A stretch of DNA of 64,000 bases. It comes from an uncultured Acidimicrobiaceae bacterium (GTDB taxonomy: Bacteria; Actinomycetota; Acidimicrobiia; Acidimicrobiales; RAAP-2). The notes under the pieces are model-generated. The model ran no database searches and was not told where the DNA came from. It saw only the letters and a program-made list of their open reading frames with translations. Of this stretch, positions 49,718 through 59,425 are shown in pieces. Position 1 is the first letter of the stretch; the number at the start of each line of letters is the position of its first letter. The stretch spans positions 2,472-66,471 of the forward strand of contig CAWICL010000032.1 of assembly GCA_963834545.1 (NCBI GenBank). The letters run 5' to 3'. The position numbers and the translations under genes were made by a program.

Positions 49718-50911
49718 ATGTGTGACACCATCGTCAGCGTTGGCGATCAACGGGTGCTCTTTGCGAAGAACAGTGACCGCGACGCTAATGAATCACAAAT
49801 CCTCGAATGGTTCCCGGCGCAACGATTCATCGATCAAGTTCCACTTCGCTGCACGTGGATTGAGATTCCACAAGTGGCGACAACTCACGCGGTCATGATC
49901 TCACGGCCGTGGTGGATGTGGGGAGCCGAGATGGGGGCCAATGAACACGGCGTCATCATTGGAAATGAAGCGGTCTTTACCAAGGAGCCACTGGGCGATC
50001 CGGCCTTGACCGGAATGGACCTTCTTCGTCTAGCCCTCGAACGCTCGACCAACGCCTCCGACGCCGTTGGCGTGATCATTGACTTGCTGGAACGTCACGG
50101 ACAAGGTGGACCCTGTAGTCACGAGCGACCAGAGTTTTCCTATCACAACAGTTTCATGGTCGCGGACCGGGAGGGAGCGATCGTTTTGGAGACGGCGGGT
50201 ACGAAGTGGGCCACCGAAATCGTGCGCTCGGGCGTGCGAAGCATCTCGAACGGACTGACGATTCCTGGTTTCGCTGAACGGTACTCGAGACCACTGCGCT
50301 CGAGGGTGGCGGGGTGTGAGATCCGACGAGCCCGAACTGAAAGAAGCGCCAAGGGCCCACTCGGACCCCAGACGATGATGGCCGCGCTACGTGATCATGG
50401 TGAGCGTGGGGTGCCCCGATGGTCACGAATCAACGGGACGCTACATGCGCCGTGCGTGCACGCGGGAGGGACCTTCGCCTCAAGTCAGACAACGGCCTCG
50501 CTCATTGGCGACCTCAGCGACAATCCCTTGTTCTGGGCGACCGCGAGTGCAGCGCCGTGCACGTCGATCTTCAAACCCGTCCGCGTGAACGAACCCATCG
50601 ATTTTGCGTCGGTGCCAACGAATCACTTCGATGCGAACTCGTACTGGTGGCGCCACGAACAACTGCATCGCCGGATGATGCGCGACTACGAAGGTCTATG
50701 CGAACCTTGGCAAGAATCACGTGATGTCCTCGAGAACGCTTGGATTAAGGATCCACCGTCCTCGGTGCAGGCGTTTGCCATAGGTGACGACATGGAACGT
50801 GCTTGGCTCGCGTCGCACACGAATTTGCACGTCGATAAGCGCCCGGCATGGGTTCGTCGCACGTGGCGAGAACTCGACCGCGCGGCGGGCATGCCCGTTG
50901 GAGAAAACTAA
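49718..50911 (+). CDS. Secernin-like C69 dipeptidase (Ntn hydrolase)
   Basis: N-terminal MCDT nucleophile, FAKNSDR..NE, WGAEMGANEHGV..GNEAV, GMDLLRLALER. Confidence 0.88.
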   Translation: MCDTIVSVGDQRVLFAKNSDRDANESQILEWFPAQRFIDQVPLRCTWIEIPQVATTHAVMISRPWWMWGAEMGANEHGVIIGNEAVFTKEPLGDPALTGMDLLRLALERSTNASDAVGVIIDLLERHGQGGPCSHERPEFSYHNSFMVADREGAIVLETAGTKWATEIVRSGVRSISNGLTIPGFAERYSRPLRSRVAGCEIRRARTERSAKGPLGPQTMMAALRDHGERGVPRWSRINGTLHAPCVHAGGTFASSQTTASLIGDLSDNPLFWATASAAPCTSIFKPVRVNEPIDFASVPTNHFDANSYWWRHEQLHRRMMRDYEGLCEPWQESRDVLENAWIKDPPSSVQAFAIGDDMERAWLASHTNLHVDKRPAWVRRTWRELDRAAGMPVGEN

Positions 50912-50965
50912 TTCATTGACGTCGCCAGACGAGCGAGCCAATAGATCAGCGATCGTGCCTGGGCT

Positions 50966-51226
50966 TCAGCCCTTCTTCTTTTCGTAGGGCGGGATATCGG
51001 GATGGTGCTTGATGATGTGATCGAGCTTGGCGTGAAGTTCGGCGGTGCCTTCGTCAAAGTGGCGCTTGAAGAATCGTTCGATCCCTCGGCGCAGGGGTGG
51101 ATAGAAGATTGATGTTGCGATAGCGGCAAGGATGACCCAAATCAGCGTCGCGACGACGTCGCCGGGTATGCCTCCTGATCCCCCCGCCGGCCAGACCCAA
51201 CGGTCGAAGAAGTTCGCGGCGATCAT
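50966..51226 (-). CDS. Small hypothetical membrane protein (~86 aa)
   Basis: MIAANFFDRWVWP..TM..ELHAKLDHIIKHHPDIPP; start overlaps the stop of the upstream gene. Confidence 0.65.
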   Translation of the reverse strand: MIAANFFDRWVWPAGGSGGIPGDVVATLIWVILAAIATSIFYPPLRRGIERFFKRHFDEGTAELHAKLDHIIKHHPDIPPYEKKKG

Positions 51227-51540
51227 CACGAGTCCTTGGCGAGGTGTTCGTGCATCTCGGGATGGCGGACCTTGTGCTGAGCCTTCAGAGCCTCGTGTTC
51301 GTGATCGTTGGTGTGCTTGTGGCACGTTTCGTAGTGTGTTCCCTCGACCCGACCGAGACCGCCCTTCAACGCGGGTCGCCAGCAACTCTGACACTTGTGG
51401 CGTCGATACAACGTGTAGAGACTCAGAAAAATTGCGCCCTCGGTGAAGTCAGCGCCAAATCCGCTCCAAAACGCGTACCACTTGCCCGACTCGTTGGCGG
51501 TTCCCGTCACTTGCAAGAACCAGTGCCAGATGGCGATCAC
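51226..51540 (-). CDS. Small hypothetical membrane protein with Cys/His-rich tail
   Basis: SD GAGGGAG; WYAFWSGFGAD-TM-HKCQSCWR..TCHKH..His-rich tail. Confidence 0.7.
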   Translation of the reverse strand: MIAIWHWFLQVTGTANESGKWYAFWSGFGADFTEGAIFLSLYTLYRRHKCQSCWRPALKGGLGRVEGTHYETCHKHTNDHEHEALKAQHKVRHPEMHEHLAKDS

Positions 51541-51716
51541 GATGCTCCCTCGACCCGCTGAAGTATTTTTGGTACAGGGTTGATTGTAAGGCCACGAGTG
51601 CCGTGCGCACGGTATTCGACTCGAGAGAAATGGCGAGGTACGTCGTCACCTCGCGAGATTTAGACGACACCCAAGATCCGCCGTGCAACAGTAAATCGGG
51701 TTCTCGGGTTCCCCCA

Positions 51717-52442
51717 CTACTTCTCGAGAACAGCAACGTAGGGTTCGCTCAAACCCTCACCGAACACTCGCGTCATACGCCATCCCGTTCCGCGAAGTAT
51801 GTCACGCATTTCAGCACGCGTGACGTAGAGCCAGTCGAACCACGAGCCCACCAAGTCTTCGTAACGAAAACGAAATCGCCCTTGGCCCGAGGCTCGTCCC
51901 AAGAGTTTGTTTTGAAAGTAATACGCGCGATTGAACCCTGGTGCGCCGCCACAGTAGGGGTTCGTACTCTCGAGGAACACGCGCGCGGTCGGCTTCGTTG
52001 ATGCCGCTAAGGACCGTAGGACCTGTTGGGCATGCTGCGGTGTTCCAAAGATCCCGAAGTTGTTCCCAAAAAAGACGAGTGCGTCGACGTCGCCGATTCG
52101 GGTGCTCGCTTCTTCAATTGACTGGGACCACACCTTCTTCACGCCGCGCAGTTTGCAAGCCTTCGCGGCTAGTGGTGAAGTGTCTAATCCAACGACGTCT
52201 AGACCGCGACGTTGGAGATCGAGTGAAACTCTGCCGGCGCCGCATCCCACGTCCAGCACCCGACCTTTCATGAGACGCACGGCCAACCGCTCAGCTTCGG
52301 GCCATTCGTTGCTGCCCGAGAGGTAGACCTCGGGACCGGCACCGAACTGGCAAAATCCGTCATCGCGCTCGAGGACTTCAATCGTCGTCGCGCCGCGCGA
52401 CCACTCAAGAAGCGCGTGACCGAAGACGTCGGGGTGGTTCAT
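51717..52442 (-). CDS. Class I SAM-dependent methyltransferase
   Basis: VLDVGCGAGR, VGLDTS, GNNFGIFG. Confidence 0.88.
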   Translation of the reverse strand: MNHPDVFGHALLEWSRGATTIEVLERDDGFCQFGAGPEVYLSGSNEWPEAERLAVRLMKGRVLDVGCGAGRVSLDLQRRGLDVVGLDTSPLAAKACKLRGVKKVWSQSIEEASTRIGDVDALVFFGNNFGIFGTPQHAQQVLRSLAASTKPTARVFLESTNPYCGGAPGFNRAYYFQNKLLGRASGQGRFRFRYEDLVGSWFDWLYVTRAEMRDILRGTGWRMTRVFGEGLSEPYVAVLEK

Positions 52443-52846
52443 CGTTCGGGATGAAGGAAGGATACGCGCACTGGTTCACCTTTGACGACGACCCCGCACG
52501 ATTCCAGCGATCGAAGGACTCGAGTGGGCCGAAACGTCCAAAACACGATCCAGTCCTCAGGTGTCTCGCCGCGAAATCGAACACCACGTGATCCCATGCA
52601 GGCAATGAGGTCCGCTGCAGCGATGGTGTCAAAACGCGCCTCCCAGGTCGGCACAATCCTTCCCAAGAGCCCAGTGCTTGGCCCGACTCGCACGCCGTGC
52701 TCGAAGATGCTCATGCGAGCGAGGGGCCAGGTGTCATTAACGCCCGAGAAGAATGATCCGTAACGCATACCACCGAGAAAATGTTCCTTGGCCGAATGAT
52801 CTGCGCCGAAGTCGGCGACCAACTTGTCAGGTCGAAGAACACCCAC
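52439..52846 (-). CDS. Hypothetical protein
   Basis: Stop overlaps the methyltransferase start (ATGA); plausible composition; start uncertain. Confidence 0.5.
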   Translation of the reverse strand: MGVLRPDKLVADFGADHSAKEHFLGGMRYGSFFSGVNDTWPLARMSIFEHGVRVGPSTGLLGRIVPTWEARFDTIAAADLIACMGSRGVRFRGETPEDWIVFWTFRPTRVLRSLESCGVVVKGEPVRVSFLHPER

Positions 52847-52980
52847 CGCCGTTGTCTCCCTCGCTGTTGTCGGAGAGTTAAGCGTATCGGGAAAGACGCC
52901 TGCATCAGAGCGCTTGGCCAGCCTTCATCGTCGGTGACGTGAAGTCCGGCAAGCTCTTGAAGCGGTGGGAGTCGGACCCT

Positions 52981-53475
52981 CTAGGAACGGTGCGCGAGTT
53001 TCGCGGCGTGACGGACGTGGCTCTCTTTCCACATGTAGGCGCCAAGCGAGACCAGGAGGGTCGATACGGCGGCGATAACGAATGATCCCACGATGTCAAG
53101 GGGATGGTGGATGTGTGCGGCGACCCGAGCCCAACCAATCAAGACCGCGATAACGAGCAACGCCGTTCCCGTTCGCTTGGAGAATCTGAGAACCGTGAAG
53201 CCGAGAAACGAGGCCAAAAGTGCGTGGTCCGAGGGGAAGCCGTTGTCGGCCGCGTGGGCAATGAGTGGCGTGACGTGCTCGGTGACGAAGGGCCTCGTGT
53301 CGTAATAGAGGTGTCCCGCGATGACTGCGAGGACTTCGGCGAGGAGTCCGCCAATGATGAGACGAAGGCCGAGGTCGAGTTTTTCCTTCATCGAGAGTCG
53401 TAGCCAGAACAGACCAGTGACCAGAATGCTGAAAAATATAAAGTACTTGCCGACAAAGATGATTGTTGAATGCAT
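52981..53475 (-). CDS. PAP2-family phosphatase (undecaprenyl-pyrophosphate phosphatase BcrC-like)
   Basis: RPF, FPSDH, ARVAAHIHHPLD motifs with TM segments. Confidence 0.88.
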   Translation of the reverse strand: MHSTIIFVGKYFIFFSILVTGLFWLRLSMKEKLDLGLRLIIGGLLAEVLAVIAGHLYYDTRPFVTEHVTPLIAHAADNGFPSDHALLASFLGFTVLRFSKRTGTALLVIAVLIGWARVAAHIHHPLDIVGSFVIAAVSTLLVSLGAYMWKESHVRHAAKLAHRS

Positions 53476-53581
53476 CTGAGAATTCTAGAGACGTGAAGCG
53501 GGTTGCGAGTTCACGTCTGTGGTGGCGTCAAGAATGGAGTCGTCGAAACTTCGACCTAAACCGAGCCGCGAAGTCAGCAAA

Positions 53582-55741
53582 CTACTCGTTCGCCTCAACC
53601 GCGACGTGGGGAACGACACGATCAAGCCACTTGGGCATCCACCAGTTTGCTTTACCGAAAAAGTGCATGAGCGACGGTACGAGCACGGTTCGCAGGATGA
53701 AGGCGTCCATGAGAACAGCTCCGCCTAGTCCGATGCCGAATTCGGCGATGATGCGTTCACCCCCAACGGCGAACGAGAAGAACACGCACACCATGATCAG
53801 AGCGGCGGCAGTGATGACACGTCCGGTGTTCGCTTGTCCGTGGACGATGGACTTCTCGTTGTCGCCGGTGTTGACCCATTCCTCGTGCATACGAGAGACC
53901 AGGAAGACCTGGTAGTCCATCGAGAGTCCAAAGAGGATCGCGATCATCACGATAGGCAGATAGGACTCAATTGGTCCAGAACCTGAACCTATGAGCGAAC
54001 TGCCCCAGCCCCACTGAAACACCGCCACGACGAGCCCGAATGATGCCCCAACCGCGAGCAGATTCATTAACGCGGCGGTCAGGGGAATGAGGATGCTTCG
54101 AAAGGCCACCATCAACAAGAGACATCCCAGAATCACGATGATCGCTACGAAGAGAGGGATCTTGCTGTCGAGAACGCTTGAAAAGTCGTTCGAGAGCGCG
54201 GTCTCACCACCCACGAAGATTGCGGTATGCGAAGTGGCGGTGGCATCAGGAATATAGCGATCGCGCAAACTCGTTATCAGGTCCGAGGTCTTGATGTCTT
54301 GGGGGCTCGTCTTGGGCACGACGGTGATCAGCCCGACGGTGCCTTGTGGATTGATCTTCAACGGCGTTACGAAAATGATGTCGGGCTTACCCGTCAGTGA
54401 CGCGTCCAGATTCTCCATGGACGTCCTGTCCGCGCTGTTGTGGATCGCTCCCACCACAGTGAGTGGGCCGTTGAAGCCAGGACCGAAACCCTTGGCGAGC
54501 AGGTCATAGGCCATGCGCGTGGTCGAACCCGAAGGGTCCGAACCCTGGTCCGAGATCCCCAAGTGCAGTGCGAAAATCGGCAGACCAAGCGTCACGATCA
54601 CGAGGACCGCAACCACCGAAAGCGTGCGAGGTCGCTTGGCCACGAAATTGGCCCATCGTTGCCATCCCCCCGCAATGACCGCTGGCTCGGGTCCTTCAGC
54701 GGCGAGCTTCTTGCGTTCGCGACGGCTCAGTACGTGATGCTTTTGGAACGCGAGGAGGGCGGGTAATAAGGTGAGAGCGGCGAGCATCGTAATGAAGACC
54801 GTCAACGCCGCGGCGACGCCGAGTCCATCGAGGAAAGAGAAACCGAGCAACAACATGCCGAGCAGTGCAATGCACACCGTGAAGCCCGCGAACATCACTG
54901 CACGACCTGAAGTATTGACCGAGGTCACGATGGCGTCTTCGACGCTCATACCCTGACGCAAGTTCTGTCTACTTCTGGTGACAATAAATAAGGCGTAGTC
55001 AATACCAACGCCCAGTCCAATCAAGGATCCGAGAATTGGTGCGAACTGAGCAATCGCGAGTCCGTGGCTCAAGAGCGTGGTCGCCGCCGAAGCGATGCCA
55101 ATGGCGAATAGAGCCACGCCCAGTGGCAGAACCATTGCCCAGAGCGACCCAAAGGCGAGGAAGAGCACGATCGCCGTGGCGATTAAGCCCAGTCCCTCGC
55201 CGGGACTGCCCGCAGGGGTGTCGAGCTGTCCGAACGCGTTGCCACCGAATTCGACTTCGAGGCTCGACGAGCGAATCGTCTCACCTGTGTTCTGGACCGC
55301 TCGAATCTGGGACTTCTGGAGTTTGTTGGCCTGCTTCGTGAAGTCAACCACGGCGTAGGCGATCTTTCCGCCAAAGGGACTGAGTTGGAGTGCGCCGGGA
55401 CAACTCGCACTCGAGGTCGAGGAACAAAATGGCGACACGACGCTGCCGACGTTCTTCAGTTTGGCGACCTTGGACAACATGGCGTTGATCGTCGTCTCGT
55501 GACTGGTGAGCGTTCCCTTGGTTACGGCGAAAACGATCTCGTCGGAGTCGCCGGACTTTGACTTAAAACCCTGCTGGAGGAGTTTGAGGGCGTGCGTTGA
55601 GTTCGTTCCGGGCAAGCTGAACGAGTTCGAGTACTGGGAACCAAGAGAGTACGAGACGATGTTGATGCCGATGAAGAGGGCGATCCATGCGACCAGCACG
55701 AGCCAGCGGCGTCGAACGCTCAAACGAGCGAGGGCTTTCAT
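53582..55741 (-). CDS. MMPL/RND-family transporter
   Basis: GLGVGIDYALFI, FGPGFNGPL, FGLSMDYQVFL, GRVITAAA, ANWW. Confidence 0.93.
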   Translation of the reverse strand: MKALARLSVRRRWLVLVAWIALFIGINIVSYSLGSQYSNSFSLPGTNSTHALKLLQQGFKSKSGDSDEIVFAVTKGTLTSHETTINAMLSKVAKLKNVGSVVSPFCSSTSSASCPGALQLSPFGGKIAYAVVDFTKQANKLQKSQIRAVQNTGETIRSSSLEVEFGGNAFGQLDTPAGSPGEGLGLIATAIVLFLAFGSLWAMVLPLGVALFAIGIASAATTLLSHGLAIAQFAPILGSLIGLGVGIDYALFIVTRSRQNLRQGMSVEDAIVTSVNTSGRAVMFAGFTVCIALLGMLLLGFSFLDGLGVAAALTVFITMLAALTLLPALLAFQKHHVLSRRERKKLAAEGPEPAVIAGGWQRWANFVAKRPRTLSVVAVLVIVTLGLPIFALHLGISDQGSDPSGSTTRMAYDLLAKGFGPGFNGPLTVVGAIHNSADRTSMENLDASLTGKPDIIFVTPLKINPQGTVGLITVVPKTSPQDIKTSDLITSLRDRYIPDATATSHTAIFVGGETALSNDFSSVLDSKIPLFVAIIVILGCLLLMVAFRSILIPLTAALMNLLAVGASFGLVVAVFQWGWGSSLIGSGSGPIESYLPIVMIAILFGLSMDYQVFLVSRMHEEWVNTGDNEKSIVHGQANTGRVITAAALIMVCVFFSFAVGGERIIAEFGIGLGGAVLMDAFILRTVLVPSLMHFFGKANWWMPKWLDRVVPHVAVEANE

Positions 55742-55825
55742 AAGGGTGGCTCCGATACGTTGAATGTGGGGGGCGGTAAAATCTCGTATGCGCGTGAATC
55801 GCGTTTCCACAATAGGGGAGAATGA

Positions 55826-56626
55826 ATGGCACGCAATCCAGCGTGGCCCGAGCGTTTTGCGGATCATGAGTATCCCCAGAAAATCCCCGATCCCGACGAG
55901 ATCCTTCCGGGTGCGCCGGCACCTTGGTCACAACTGCCCGAGACAAATCTTCGAGGTTTCACCCTCTCCATGGTCTTGGACGCTTTGGAAAGGGCCGGAC
56001 GAAGCCTCGCGACCTCGACGTTTCCCAGCGCACCAAGCGAACTAGCCCAGGTTCACGACGCCATCGCGAACGACGTCACGGGGGTCTCCGCGGTGCTCGT
56101 CGCCCTGTTCGAAGACCATGGTGAGACCCACGTGGTGCTCACCCGCCGAGCTCGAACTCTACGCAGCCACCGTGGCGAAGTCGCGTTTCCCGGCGGACGA
56201 AGCGAGGAGAACGAAACGCCGGTCCAGACTGCGCTTCGCGAAGCGAGCGAAGAGGTGGGTATCAATCCTGTCGAGGTGACTGTTGTTGGATGGTTGTCTC
56301 CCATCGTCACGTTCGCCTCTGGTTCGGCGATCTGGCCCGTCGTTGGTGTTTTGAAGAATCCCCCGGCGATGGTCGTGAACCCCAGCGAAGTGGAGCGGGC
56401 CTTTAGCGTGGCGTTGCGAGACCTCGTCGCTGCGGGGAACTTCCTTGAGGAGCGGTGGCGTCGATCGACGCCACGACCGGGCGCGGACTCAGACGGATTC
56501 TTCCCGTTGTATTTCTTTCGAGTCCCCGACGACGTGATCTGGGGAGCGACGGCTCGCGTGCTCACTGAACTGCTCTGTGCGGTCACGTCAGTCCCGTGGC
56601 CCGACGCAAACCGGGTCTGGGCCTAG
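55826..56626 (+). CDS. Nudix CoA pyrophosphatase (NUDT7-like)
   Basis: LTRRA..LRSHRGEVAFPGG..ALREASEEVG, IWGATA. Confidence 0.9.
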   Translation: MARNPAWPERFADHEYPQKIPDPDEILPGAPAPWSQLPETNLRGFTLSMVLDALERAGRSLATSTFPSAPSELAQVHDAIANDVTGVSAVLVALFEDHGETHVVLTRRARTLRSHRGEVAFPGGRSEENETPVQTALREASEEVGINPVEVTVVGWLSPIVTFASGSAIWPVVGVLKNPPAMVVNPSEVERAFSVALRDLVAAGNFLEERWRRSTPRPGADSDGFFPLYFFRVPDDVIWGATARVLTELLCAVTSVPWPDANRVWA

Positions 56627-56695
56627 ATGCGTCCAGTAGATTGGACGTAAAGCACCTTCGATTTCGAGGTCGCATTTTCTTAGGCGGAGGTCAAG

Positions 56696-57859
56696 ATGGC
56701 AGAAGTAGAGATCGGGATTTACAAGACGGCTCGTCAGGCCTACGGTTTTGACGACATCGCGATTGTGCCGTCGCGCAGAACGAGAGACCCCGAGGACGTT
56801 GACATCTCGTGGCAGATCGACGCCTACAAGTTCGAATTACCGGTTCTTGGTTCAGCGATGGACGGTGCGATGTCTCCCGCGACCGCGAGCGAATTAGGTC
56901 GATTGGGAGGACTGGGCGTTCTCAATCTCGAGGGGTTGTGGACGCGCTACGAAGATCCAATGCCGCTCTTCGAGGAGATCCGTGAACTCGATGATGACAA
57001 GGCAACGGCGCGCATGCAACAGATGTACCTCGAGCCGATCAAGCTTGAACTCGTCGCCGAGAGAATCAAGGAAATGAAAAAGGCGGGCATCACAACATCT
57101 GCTTCGGTTACCCCCGCGCGCACTGAGTGGATGGCGCGGACAATTCTCGATGCGGGTCTTGACATCTTGGTCATTCAAGGAACTGTGGTGTCAGCCGAAC
57201 ATGTTTCGAAGACCGTTGAACCGTTGAACCTGAAGAAGTTCATCCGCGAGTTCGAACTTCCAATCATCGTTGGTGGTTGTGCGAGTTACCAAGCGGCCTT
57301 GCACTTGATGCGAACCGGTGCCGCGGGCGTGCTCGTGGGTGTCGGTCCCGGCAATGCCTGCACCTCACGCGCGGTATTGGGAATCGGTGTTCCCCAGGCC
57401 ACGGCGATCGCCGACGTTGCTGGTGCTCGGATGCGTCACCTCGACGAGACGGGGGTCTACGTGCACGTCATCGCTGACGGCGGCATGAGTAAGGGTGGCG
57501 ATATTGCGAAAGCCTTCGCCTGTGGTGCCGACGCGGTCATGATCGGCTCACCTCTGACGAGCGCGGTCGAGGCCCCGGCTCGAGGGTTTCATTGGGGCAT
57601 GGCGACGTTCCACCCCACGCTGCCACGAGGGACCCGCGTGAGGACACAAGTTCGTGGAACTCTCAAGGAGGTCCTCCTCGGACCCGCTCACGAGAACGAT
57701 GGTCGACTCAATCTCTTCGGCGCCCTACGCACGTCAATGGCAACGTGCGGCTACGAGACGCTGAAAGAATTCCAAAAGGCCGAGATCATGCTCGCCCCCT
57801 CACTTCAGACCGAAGGCAAGCAACTGCAGCGCTCCCAGGGCGTGGGCATGGGACATTGA
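56696..57859 (+). CDS. guaB3: GuaB3-family IMP dehydrogenase
   Basis: [53 protein letters not shown]. Confidence 0.93.
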   Translation: MAEVEIGIYKTARQAYGFDDIAIVPSRRTRDPEDVDISWQIDAYKFELPVLGSAMDGAMSPATASELGRLGGLGVLNLEGLWTRYEDPMPLFEEIRELDDDKATARMQQMYLEPIKLELVAERIKEMKKAGITTSASVTPARTEWMARTILDAGLDILVIQGTVVSAEHVSKTVEPLNLKKFIREFELPIIVGGCASYQAALHLMRTGAAGVLVGVGPGNACTSRAVLGIGVPQATAIADVAGARMRHLDETGVYVHVIADGGMSKGGDIAKAFACGADAVMIGSPLTSAVEAPARGFHWGMATFHPTLPRGTRVRTQVRGTLKEVLLGPAHENDGRLNLFGALRTSMATCGYETLKEFQKAEIMLAPSLQTEGKQLQRSQGVGMGH

Positions 57860-59397
57860 CCGCGAACGTTCTCGTCGTTGATTTTGGCGCTCAATACGCC
57901 CAACTGATTGCGAGGCGGGTGCGCGAAGCGCACGTGTATTCAGAAATCGTTCAAAGTACGATTACCGCCGCTCAAGTGAAAGAGAAGTCGCCCGCGGCGA
58001 TCATCTTGTCGGGCGGTCCCAAGTCGGTCTACGAAGTGCCCGCACCGTCGCTCGATCAAGCTATCTACGATCTCGGGATTCCGATTCTCGGCATTTGTTA
58101 CGGGGCCCAACTCATGGCCCTGCAACTCGGTGGCGAGGTCGCTCACACCGGCACCGGGGAGTATGGACGCACCCTCCTTTCGCGCAATGGTTCGACGCGC
58201 CTCTTATCCGAGTGGCCCGTCCACAGTGACTGTTGGATGAGCCACGGTGACGCCATCGTGCGCGCTCCCGATGGTTTCGTCGTTACCGCATCGTCACCTG
58301 AAGCGCCCGTCGCCGTGATGGAGAACGCGCAGCGTCAACTGTACGCGGTGCAGTTCCATCCCGAAGTCGCACACACCGAGCGTGGTCAAGAATTGCTCTC
58401 GTCGTTCTTGTATCACGTCGCCGACATTCCACCCACCTGGACGAATACGTCGATCATCGAAGACCAGGTCGCGCTGATTCGTGCTCAAGTGGGCGACGAG
58501 AGAGTGTTGTGCGCTCTCTCGGGTGGAGTTGACTCCGCAGTCGCGGCCGCGCTCGTCACCAAGGCAGTGGGGAACCAACTCACGTGCGTGTTCGTCGACA
58601 CGGGATTGATGCGAAAGAACGAGGGCGAACAGATTGAGGAGACCTTTACGCGTCAGTTCGGCGTGGAGTTGATTCACGTGAAGGCCCAGGATCGATTCTT
58701 CGACGCTCTGGTGGGGGTGACTGACCCCGAGAAGAAGCGAAAGATTATTGGTGAGCTTTTCATTCGCGAGTTCGAAGCGGTGGCGCGAGACTTGGGACGT
58801 GGCGCCGATGGTCCGCGCTTTCTCGTTCAGGGAACGCTCTATCCTGACGTCATCGAATCTGGCTCTGGTCACGCCGCCAATATCAAGAGCCACCACAATG
58901 TCGGAGGTCTTCCCGAGGACTTGGCCTTCGAGTTGGTGGAGCCACTGCGCAGCCTCTTCAAGGACGAAGTTCGCCACGTGGGCGAGGAGCTGGGACTGCC
59001 CGCGGACATTGTCTGGCGTCAACCGTTTCCTGGTCCGGGCCTCGGAGTGCGCATCGTGGGCGAAGTGACCCGTGAACGCGCAGAAATACTGCGAAACGCC
59101 GACTTCGTCGTGGTGGACGAGATTAAGAAGGCGGGTCTCTACCGCGAACTCTGGCAGAGTTTCGCGGTGTTACCGGCGGTGCGTACGGTGGGCGTCATGG
59201 GAGATGGAAGAACCTACGCGTACCCCATCATCATCCGGGCCGTCACCAGTGACGACGCGATGACCGCGGACTGGGCGCGCTTGCCCTATGACGTCATCGA
59301 GTCGATCGCCAATCGTTTGATTCGAGAAGTCGATGGCGTGAACCGGGTGGCACTCGACGTGACGAGCAAACCGCCTGGCACCATTGAGTGGGAGTGA
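57856..59397 (+). CDS. guaA: GMP synthase (TTG start overlapping the guaB3 stop)
   Basis: [42 protein letters not shown]. Confidence 0.98.
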   Translation: MTANVLVVDFGAQYAQLIARRVREAHVYSEIVQSTITAAQVKEKSPAAIILSGGPKSVYEVPAPSLDQAIYDLGIPILGICYGAQLMALQLGGEVAHTGTGEYGRTLLSRNGSTRLLSEWPVHSDCWMSHGDAIVRAPDGFVVTASSPEAPVAVMENAQRQLYAVQFHPEVAHTERGQELLSSFLYHVADIPPTWTNTSIIEDQVALIRAQVGDERVLCALSGGVDSAVAAALVTKAVGNQLTCVFVDTGLMRKNEGEQIEETFTRQFGVELIHVKAQDRFFDALVGVTDPEKKRKIIGELFIREFEAVARDLGRGADGPRFLVQGTLYPDVIESGSGHAANIKSHHNVGGLPEDLAFELVEPLRSLFKDEVRHVGEELGLPADIVWRQPFPGPGLGVRIVGEVTRERAEILRNADFVVVDEIKKAGLYRELWQSFAVLPAVRTVGVMGDGRTYAYPIIIRAVTSDDAMTADWARLPYDVIESIANRLIREVDGVNRVALDVTSKPPGTIEWE

Positions 59398-59425
59398 GTC
59401 GAAGCCCGTTCTCTGACGAGTCGCT

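Noticed and set aside
51541-51716. Possible c-di-AMP (ydaO) riboswitch, from GGGGAACC on the minus strand
   Set aside because: Other conserved elements (GAATC, GTCAGCTAAC) are absent
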